DNA from: Octopus bimaculoides
Lineage: Eukaryota
Assembly: GCF_001194135.2 (NCBI RefSeq)
Contig: NC_068993.1
Span: 46,858,269-46,905,128 of the forward strand
DNA length: 46,860 nt
Reading direction: 5' to 3'
A program made the position numbers and the translations under genes. The notes below the pieces were generated by a model. The model was not told the origin of the DNA, did no database searches, and was given only the letters and a program-made list of their open reading frames with translations. Position 1 is the stretch's first letter. Every line of letters starts with the position of its first letter. Shown here piece by piece: positions 37,870 to 46,860 of the stretch.

Positions 37870-38178
37870 TAATGGTATAAGGAGAGAAAGAGGTAAGGTA
37901 AGGCGGCCGGAAGTAGTGAGGATGGAGAGAGAGAGAGAAATATAGAGATAGAGTGGAGAGAGAGAGAGAGAGAGGTAGAGAAAGAGAGAATGGATAAAGA
38001 GAGAGAGAAAGAGAGAAAGGGAAAGAGAGGGGTATAGAGAGAAAATTAAAGAGAGACAGAGAAGTGAGGGTGAAGAGAGAGGAGAGAGAGTGAAGAGAAA
38101 GAGAAAAAGGGAGATATAGAGAAAGGGAAAGAAAGGGAGAAAAAGAAAGGGAGAGGGAAAGAAAGAGGGAGAAAGAGG

Positions 38179-38219
<41 letters not shown>

Positions 38220-38310
38220 GGAGAGTAAGGGAGAGAGATAGAGAGCGAGAAAGAGAGAGAGGAGAAAGCGAGAAATAGAGAGAAAGAGAAAGAAAGAGAG
38301 AGAGAGAGAG
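37870..38310. repeat. (GA)n-rich polypurine tract flanked by CAC-rich (37370-37700) and GTT/GGT-rich (38310-38690) low-complexity DNA
   Basis: Read directly. Confidence 0.92.
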
Positions 38311-39017
38311 GAGTAATCGTGAGGATTGTATTGATGGAATTTTTCGTTCTAAAGTTGCTCTGAGTGCTGCTGTTGGTGTTATAGTTGTCGGACATGTTGT
38401 TGCTGCTGTCGATGGTGAGGATGTTGCTGTTATTAGACGTGATGGTTGTATGCCTGTTGTTGTTGTTGTTGTTGTTGCTTTTGATTTTGTAGTTAACGAT
38501 GGCGGTGGCAGCCGTGCGCATGTTTTTGCTGTTATGGTCAGCAATGGTGGCGGGTGTAGTGGCGTAGCTGTTGCTGTCGTCGCTGTTTGCGATGGTGGTG
38601 GTGGTTGCCTAAATGCTGCTGCTGCTGTTGTTGGTATTAGTATTGTTGTTAATGTCGTTGCAGCGTGTAGCAACAGGAGTGATCAGATGGAGTAGAATTA
38701 TGATGTAAAAGCCATTCATCGTTTTTCTATGTCTATAATTACATTATTAAATGTGATTTTCCTTTTGTTAACATTGTAGCGCGTGATATTAGGGAATTTG
38801 GCTGCTATTTCTAACTAATCGAGTGATCACGTAGTCACTCCCTGCTTAATGTTGTTTACTCTCAGGTTAGCTCTGATTGACCAAACCTTCAGTCAAAGGC
38901 ACTCCGTCCCCGTCTTTTATTCAGGTTCAGTATCTAATACTATATTACACAACAACACTGAGGATATTTGGTTGTTATTTCTATCAAAACAAGCGCTGCA
39001 GTTATTATTAAGGCGGT

Positions 39018-39234
39018 TTAAAGGCGGTGAGCTGGCAGAATCATTAGCACGCTGAGCGAAATGCTCAGCGGAATTTCGTCTGCCGTTACGTTCTGAGTTC
39101 AAATTCCGCCGAGGTTGACTTTACTTTTCATCCTAACAGCGTCGATAAAATTAGTACCAGCTACGCACTGGGGTCGATGTAATCGACGTTATCCCTTCCC
39201 CCCAATTTGAGGCCTTTTGCTTCCAGTAGAAAGG
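39018..39234 (+). mobile_element. SINE family C inserted into the head of another copy, with a 14-bp duplication
   Basis: attattaaggcggt at 39004-39017 and 39235-39248. Confidence 0.9.
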
Positions 39235-39240
39235 ATTATT

Positions 39241-39460
39241 AAGGCGGTGAGCTGGCGGAACCGTTAGCATGCCGGGAACGGAGCGCTTAACGGCATTTCT
39301 TATGGGCCTTTACGTTCTGGGTTCAAATTCCGTCAATGTCGACTTTACCTTTCATTCTTTCGTAGTCAAGGAAATAAGCACCATTTGAGCGCTGGGATCG
39401 ATGTGATCGACTGGCCCTCTACCCCGAGATTTCAGGCCGTGTGCCTATAATATAAAATGA
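39241..39460 (+). mobile_element. SINE family C, more diverged host copy
   Basis: aaggcggtgagctggcggaaccgttagc...gggttcaaattccg...gggatcgatgtgatcgac. Confidence 0.88.
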
Positions 39461-39904
39461 TTGTGTAATCTCCCGGTCAGATATAATCCGTCAGTTCTTA
39501 TGGCACACAGATAATCTACTTTACGATAAGGCGCGATCCATAGAGTTATAAAACATTTTTCTTGAAGCCGAGGAAGAAACTCAAAACTTGCATGGATCTA
39601 GTGTCACAATTTGCACATATTTCTCGACTAACAAGCCTACTTCTGTATTCCGATGGATTCTGGTGGTTGTTACATCAGAGATGGATAAGCTGGACTTGAC
39701 AAGAACATGACAGATGCAGCTCCTCTATATTTTAGAGATGGCGGAGGTGATAGCATAGATGTTGTTATTTTTGTCTGCGATGGTGGTAGTTGTCTTCATC
39801 CAGATGTTCCAGACCAGTGAGGATAATAACGTTAATGTTATTTCTTTGAATGTATCTTTTTTTATGTTTGTTTGGAGTGATTAAGAGCGATAGAATTTTT
39901 AGTA

Positions 39905-40801
39905 TGTTGTAGTGTAACGAAGACTCTATACGTACGTACATTCGAACGTAGCAGGTAACAGCTAGCCTTTGGCTGTTGTTTGTATTCCGTTGTGTCCACT
40001 ACTCTGATTGGCTTGTATTGACGCAATTTGTCTCCTACTGCGGATAGCCAGTCAGAGACTTTAGATAGCATCACGTGAACAACCTTTTTCGAACCCTTTT
40101 CGAGTCTACTGCTCCCTATAAAAACCAGCTTTTTCTTCATTATACGTCTTTGGTTTCAGACCTTGTAAGGCCTAGCCACTGACCATACAAGATACAGCCA
40201 GTTCCAATAGCAACACCACAGTAGCCACGTTGAGACTCACCAACTTCGTCCAACAGCTTTCGGCGACCTCCATCTTCGTCGTCACCATCGTCCTAACGTC
40301 AACATCTCTACATACACAACAAGCAACTCACCCAGGTTCCAACACTTCACTGTTCGTGAATTACTTCACCATGGATCAACAGCGAATATACAACCTGCAA
40401 GAACTCTTGTACCAAGTGGTCCAGGCAGCAGCATCAAAGCCACAACGTCACGTACGATATGTACCGCAACCGGATCAGCATTATGGCCGCAACTTCTTGA
40501 TACAGTATTTCAACTACCGTGTACAATTGACTACAAACTGGTATCCTCATTCTTGTGTCTATGAACATTCTTCTAACTTCTCATTATAGACTCTTTCACT
40601 GTCTCTTCTTCATTGCTATTCTTATATGTACTTAACGCTCACGCATACGTCCATGCCTATATATACATACATTTTGTTCTCATGACGGCCTGTCTATTAT
40701 TCTGTATATATGACGCACACACAGACACACATGTTAACATATCAATAAATGTTCCCTTAAACATTCTACGCAGTTGTGTCTCTCTTTTTCCCTATGGCAC
40801 A
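39905..40801 (+). mobile_element. Probable solo LTR (~900 bp)
   Basis: TG...CA ends; ATTGG at 40007, TCACGTGA at 40071, TATAAAAA at 40117, AATAAA at 40744 followed by a GT/T-rich tract. TSD is imperfect (agta/tata). Confidence 0.5.
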
Positions 40802-40823
40802 TATATGTATTATTCATTTTATA

Positions 40824-40896
40824 TTTATTGTAAGGGCTGTGTGATGTACTAATGAGCCATTCTCGTCACGTCGCATCACACGGTCCTTACAGTAGG
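40824..40896 (+). ncRNA. 24-bp hairpin (18 Watson-Crick and 6 G.U pairs) with a 25-nt loop
   Basis: 40824-40847 pairs continuously with 40873-40896. Confidence 0.5.
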
Positions 40897-40899
40897 ATT

Positions 40900-41500
40900 C
40901 TGGGATCGTGTGCCAGTGTCTTTGCGTCGAGATAGGGTTATTCTTATGTAGTTCTACGGAATGTGGTAGTCGAGGCTTGCTGCAACAGTAAACTACGTCC
41001 ATTACATATCTAGGTGGTCTTTCAGTTTTTGTTTCATTCTGGAGGTTGTCTAGGAGTGTGACACGCGTACAACCAGTTATGATACAAAGTGCACTGGTTT
41101 TGGGTACTTTGTAGTTTACATGGTTAGCCGTGGAGAAAATGGCGCTCAAGTAGAACAGGTATAATCCATAACAGATCTAATGTTTTTCCAACATGAATTT
41201 CTTTTAGTTAGTCAAATCTGGTACGTGTGTGCATCGTTTTGCTTTCTTTAGTATATCTTCTGTGTATTGTGAATGCTCTAGGGGTATAGCATGTAACATC
41301 CTAGTATTTTTATCTTCTCTGTATGTGTGTGTGTGAGACACATTTATGTTGTTTAGGGTAATATTTGGTTATGTTTTATATTCTCTGGTGTTGCCGTTAA
41401 AAAGTGAAGTAATGGATAAGATTGGTGCAAATTCAAGCCTGATTTTTGCCAGAATTCAAGGTAATTGGGTGTTTAGAGTAGTTCTGCAGTTACGTCGTGG
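40900..41500 (-). mobile_element. I-group-like LINE ORF2 C-terminal fragment (decayed)
   Basis: RSVMDYTCST* (41149-41178); SALCIITGCTRVTLLDNLQNETK; upstream TREYKT*PNITLNNI. Confidence 0.72.
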
Positions 41501-41852
41501 AAACGATTGGATGATGTGACTGTGAAGTCATCTGAATATAATACTGTATGCATGCTTTATAGATATTTATTTTCTTACATATACATATACACACACATAC
41601 ATATAGATGTAATAGATATAAATTAATATAATATTATATATAGAGGTTAAACATACATGAGCGCGCACACACATGTATATGTATAATATACATGTAGATA
41701 TGATACTTACAATCTAATATACAAAAAATTATACTCTATTTATAAAAGTATGTTTGTAAATATAATGTATGTATGATATTCATGGATATATAATACATGC
41801 AGATATAATATATAATATATATATATATATATTATATACATTAGTTATATAC

Positions 41853-41888
<36 letters not shown>

Positions 41889-43132
41889 NNNNNNNNNNNN
41901 NNNNNNNNNNNNNNNNNNNNNNNNNNNNNNNNNNNNNNNNNNNNNNNNNNNNNNNNNNNNNNNNNNNNNNNNNNNNNNNNNNNNNNNNNNNNNNNNNNNN
42001 NNNNNNNNNNNNNNNNNNNNNNNNNNNNNNNNNNNNNNNNNNNNNNNNNNNNNNNNNNNNNNNNNNNNNNNNNNNNNNNNNNNNNNNNNNNNNNNNNNNN
42101 NNNNNNNNNNNNNNNNNNNNNNNNNNNNNNNNNNNNNNNNNNNNNNNNNNNNNNNNNNNNNNNNNNNNNNNNNNNNNNNNNNNNNNNNNNNNNNNNNNNN
42201 NNNNNNNNNNNNNNNNNNNNNNNNNNNNNNNNNNNNNNNNNNNNNNNNNNNNNNNNNNNNNNNNNNNNNNNNNNNNNNNNNNNNNNNNNNNNNNNNNNNN
42301 NNNNNNNNNNNNNNNNNNNNNNNNNNNNNNNNNNNNNNNNNNNNNNNNNNNNNNNNNNNNNNNNNNNNNNNNNNNNNNNNNNNNNNNNNNNNNNNNNNNN
42401 NNNNNNNNNNNNNNNNNNNNNNNNNNNNNNNNNNNNNNNNNNNNNNNNNNNNNNNNNNNNNNNNNNNNNNNNNNNNNNNNNNNNNNNNNNNNNNNNNNNN
42501 NNNNNCCCCCCCCCAAAAAAAAAAAATCAAACAACCCTCCACCAAAACGCAAGAAAAAAATAAGAAAAACAAGAATTCAAAATCAAAGTTGAAAAGTCCC
42601 CCTGTCAATAATAGTTCGATATTTCCTTTTTACGTTAGGATTTCTTGATGTAGAATTATAACAATATCATTTGAGGGAACTGAAATGAGAATAAAATACT
42701 TAACATGGCTGCCCAAGTTACATTGACAGCTAAACCGTCCTGTTCGACAATCTTTTAATCTTTCTTGATATCCAATTAATTTGTTAAAGTGAAAAGCTCC
42801 TAATTTCTTCTAGTTTTATTTATTTATTTATTTAATTTCTTTATAAGTTTTTTTCCATAGTTTTTATTTTATGTTTGATGTTGTTATTTCCATTTATTAT
42901 TGTTTGTTTTTGTTGCTTCTTTCGGTTAACGTTTTGTATATTGTTAATTATATTCTCGTGAACGTTTTTCCCCAGCACATCCTAAACTACTATATGTGTA
43001 TTTGTGTGTATGTGTGTGCGCTTATGTGTAAGTACCCTGACACAAGAACACACACACACACATAAATATATACATACTTATGTATATTTATTATATATAA
43101 TGCATGTATGTATATATATATGTATATATATG

Positions 43133-43195
<63 letters not shown>

Positions 43196-44226
43196 NNNNN
43201 NNNNNNNNNNNNNNNNNNNNNNNNNNNNNNNNNNNNNNNNNNNNNNNNNNNNNNNNNNNNNNNNNNNNNNNNNNNNNNNNNNNNNNNNNNNNNNNNNNNN
43301 NNNNNNNNNNNNNNNNNNNNNNNNNNNNNNNNNNNNNNNNNNNNNNNNNNNNNNNNNNNNNNNNNNNNNNNNNNNNNNNNNNNNNNNNNNNNNNNNNNNN
43401 NNNNNNNNNNNNNNNNNNNNNNNNNNNNNNNNNNNNNNNNNNNNNNNNNNNNNNNNNNNNNNNNNNNNNNNNNNNNNNNNNNNNNNNNNNNNNNNNNNNN
43501 NNNNNNNNNNNNNNNNNNNNNNNNNNNNNNNNNNNNNNNNNNNNNNNNNNNNNNNNNNNNNNNNNNNNNNNNNNNNNNNNNNNNNNNNNNNNNNNNNNNN
43601 NNNNNNNNNNNNNNNNNNNNNNNNNNNNNNNNNNNNNNNNNNNNNNNNNNNNNNNNNNNNNNNNNNNNNNNNNNNNNNNNNNNNNNNNNNNNNNNNNNNN
43701 NNNNNNNNNNNNNNNNNNNNNNNNNNNNNNNNNNNNNNNNNNNNNNNNNNNNNNNNNNNNNNNNNNNNNNNNNNNNNNNNNNNNNNNNNNNNNNNNNNNN
43801 NNNNNNNNNNNNNNNNNNNNNNNNNNNNNNNNNNNNNNNNNNNNNNNNNNNNNNNNNNNNNNNNNNNNNNNNNNNNNNNNNNNNNNNNNNNNNNNNNNNN
43901 NNNNNNNNNNNNNNNNNNNNNNNNNNNNNNNNNNNNNNNNNNNNNNNNNNNNNNNNNNNNNNNNNNNNNNNNNNNNNNNNNNNNNNNNNNNNNNNNNNNN
44001 NNNNNNNNNNNNNNNNNNNNNNNNNNNNNNNNNNNNNNNNNNNNNNNNNNNNNNNNNNNNNNNNNNNNNNNNNNNNNNNNNNNNNNNNNNNNNNNNNNNN
44101 NNNNNNNNNNNNNNNNNNNNNNNNNNNNNNNNNNNNNTTATTTGAACCAATTTAGTAGCCTGTTACTCTGGAGTCTTTTTGACATGCAACCGGGAATATT
44201 GTCTGTGTTTGAGTTTTCGCACATAA

Positions 44227-44269
<43 letters not shown>

Positions 44270-44282
44270 CACATATATAGTG

Positions 44283-44465
44283 AAGACGCGTGACGCGTGG
44301 CTTAGTAGTTGAAGTAATCGGCTCAGAATCGTGAATTTGATTTCCGACGGCGTGTTGTGTCCTTGAGCAAGTCTACTCAGCTAGCCCGTTAATTTCACGT
44401 GCAAGCTGTTTCGCCGATCGGAATCAACTGGAACTCTCGTCGTCGTAATTCACGGAATGCCAGAA
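44283..44465 (+). mobile_element. tRNA-derived SINE with a CORE-like segment and a family-B-type 3' end
   Basis: Head gacgcgtggcttagtagtt...; gtgtccttgagcaag; tail gttaatttcacgtgcaagctg...atcaactggaactctcgtcgtcgtaa resembles the reverse complement of 28270-28346. Confidence 0.78.
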
Positions 44466-44481
44466 TCAATCACTCAATCAG

Positions 44482-44531
<50 letters not shown>

Positions 44532-44999
44532 AACTGAAAAAGAGAGAGATAGAGGTGGAATTAGTTGAATTACTTTGTTGCTACTCTGAGTTTCACAGAC
44601 GTAGAGCACCATATATTATTTTTCGGGCCATTTATTTCGTGAATGAATGATAAAATAACTTGTCTACGATGCTTCTTTGGTCGAAACTTGTTACTTGATC
44701 GAAAATTTGAAAGATTCGAAATGTTGTTGCTGGCCGGTGTGCTACGGTGTAAAGGAAAACACGTTTTATATATGTATGTAATACCGCGAAGAAGCGACTA
44801 CCTTGTGACCCTTCTATATAAAAAATGAGCCTTGAGAAATAACTGAAGACCAGCTGTATATATAACCTAGTGGTTCAGCTTTTGAGGTAAAACTACTGTC
44901 CTCATGCCGCGTTTCAGTACTTCTGACTGTTTTTTGATAAAATAAAACTCCACCGCATTGAACTTGGTGATGATTTTTATAGACACAGAATGTCTCACC

Positions 45000-46330
45000 C
45001 ACCACAGAAGCGGTTAAAATGCCCTAAAATGAAGACATCGGGTCCAAATTATATTGTAGGTATATCTAGAAGAGTTCACAAACTTCAACAAATATCTATT
45101 TGACAAGACTCATAAAAGAAACAAACCAACGACATTCAGGAAATCTATAATCATTCTCATTCTAAAATACTCAATAGAATGCCTCACAATATTGTTCCAA
45201 AATGATTACTGCGATGGCAGATCAATACCAACTCAGATCCTCGCATCCAGAAAAGCTCAGGACATCAAAATAAACAGCACCAATTGTATTTGTAGATTTC
45301 CTCAATGCTTTTTACAAAATCGGCAAAAGGGCCATGTTAGATATCCTGTTGAATCACTGAATCCCACCCGTCAGTATCACATGTGCAAACCCATCAAATC
45401 TTGTATAAAGTAGAAACAGTTGAAATAAAGAGTTTTCAATAACAGCAGTAGTCTTTCAGATAAATCTCTCAGCTCCTTTTGTTTTTGTGATTATAGTGAA
45501 CTGCAGCTTTAGGCAAAGTTTTCACTACATCCTAGGCTAAGGCATTAAACTGAAGCTGTCAAGGCGTCAATAGAGCTTCCGTCTTTCTGATTATGGCTAT
45601 GTTGATCATTTTGTCCCCACAGGTCATCAAATAACTATGTGATGCACAAGATTTGTTAAAGAACCTTCGGAGTCCTGTAACTAAAATCGGTCTGTTTCTT
45701 AATATAATAAAGATTGAATACATGATGATCAACGAAGAAGAAAGCTACCAGCGAATTTGTTCCAGCGATTGCATAAAACTCAGTAAGGTCAGTGACTTCA
45801 AGTACCTTAGGTCCTATGTTGTAGCAAGACAGACTTCCTTACTTGCTCGGAACAAATGTGGATTGCTCTAGCAAGGTTTCAAGCATGTAACAATCAAATA
45901 AAAGTCAACAAGACTGCTCTTCTTCAAGGCGTGTGTAGAGAGTAGTCCTAGCTATGAAACCTAAATATGATTTTAGAAGAAACTTCAATGTCATCTCAAT
46001 GTTACATGCACCACGCTTCTCAAGAGGGTTCAAAATATTGCATAACGGGAGGACAAGACCAAAAACGAGATTCATGGATACACGTCACTCATTTCTACTA
46101 TAATTTCTCAATTTAGGTAGGTTTTGCTGACCAAGGCTATTGTGCGGAATCACAGGCTGTATCAGATGATATATTTTGGAGACATCCTCACACCATTACA
46201 GTATGAAGACCAACCAGCTTCATTGATGCTCTTGGCAGAGACATTCATGAAATTGAGGACCTACGCAAAGCTAATTGGAAATAGATACTACTGGGTTGGC
46301 GTGGTGAAATGCATATAGATTACAGTCGCT
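45000..46330 (+). mobile_element. Decayed RTE-clade LINE ORF2 (RT domain and C-terminus)
   Basis: IVFVDFLNAFYKI..RAMLDILLNH*IP (FVDF at 45289); FSITAVVFQINLSAPFVFVIIV; LSDYGYVDH (YADD); QDLLKNL..IGLFLNIIKIEYM; VSDFKYLRSYV; FFKACVES; TLLKRVQNIA*. Boundaries are approximate. Confidence 0.88.
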
Positions 46331-46740
46331 TTAAGTAGAAACAGCATGAATTCGGAATTGATTTAACAAGTGGTGTACTGGGTGCTGTACGCAGTAAAAT
46401 CTGGAGTTTTAAAAAAATTCTTTCAGACAGGAAGACCGAACACAAAAATCCAACGGAAATTATTAGCGACTCCCCAGAAGGAAGGAAAGGTAATTTCCAA
46501 GAAATATGAATAAATTTCTCAAGTTAATTTACATAAACGAGAAGGAGCAGTCTGATTTTTGTTGCAAGCACGAGATAATATATCCAAACTCATGCCACAG
46601 ACCACCTTGAGCTATTTCTCAGTTTAATTATGTAATTATTTTTAATTATGTAAATTACTCTTGGCTCAAAATAGTCATAATACGTTTTTCTTCCGTAAAA
46701 AATGCATTAAACAAATTTATACTAGCAGGTTAAGATTTTG

Positions 46741-46784
46741 TTATACTGACGAGGGCTAACAGCCTGGAACATATGTATGTATAG
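46741..46784 (+). ncRNA. Minimal type-I hammerhead motif with an 8-bp palindromic stem III and one core substitution
   Basis: tata CTGACGA GGGCT aac AGCCT GGAA C ATAT GTA tgta; ACATATGT palindrome; GUA triplet. Confidence 0.7.
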
Positions 46785-46815
46785 TTATCCCTTGTATGCA
46801 TTAGATATGATTTTT

Positions 46816-46860
<45 letters not shown>

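Noticed and set aside
37370-38690. Apparent large fold-back of CAC-rich and GTG/GTT-rich arms; 226-aa and 273-aa ORFs
   Set aside because: The complementarity is compositional only, with no alignable arms; the ORFs are low-complexity.
40230-40589. 119-aa ORF
   Set aside because: It has a TTG start, lies inside the probable solo LTR and shows no gag or other motif.
226-44312. Long ORFs in the supplied track (YIYI, VCVC, THTH, LSLS and X-rich, up to 402 aa)
   Set aside because: They are translations of microsatellites or N gaps, with no coding complexity.

Overview
AT-rich animal genomic DNA, dense in microsatellites, with 13 N-gaps (about 4.7 kb in total) that mostly sit next to (TA)n/(CA)n runs. 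The tRNA-derived SINE families match those I recall from octopus genomes, so Octopus sp. is my inferred source. I found no host protein-coding gene, rRNA, true tRNA or CRISPR array that I can support; nearly all long ORFs in the track are artefacts of microsatellites or N runs. The window reads as intergenic or deep intronic DNA filled with decayed transposable elements: three or more SINE families (about 18 copies or fragments), LINE ORF2 fossils (CR1/L2-like, L1/Tx1-like, two RTE-like, one I-group-like), Tc1/mariner transposase fossils (two DD37D/maT-like, three mariner-like), several MITEs (one nested in another), a probable solo LTR and a 26-bp minisatellite. The most interesting signal is a set of unrelated minimal type-I hammerhead ribozyme motifs with palindromic stem III (17380, 46741, 11620 on minus, and a remnant at 33991), with no Penelope ORF visible. 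There is also a 24-bp G.U-tolerant hairpin at 40824-40896 whose loop resembles a decayed hammerhead core.
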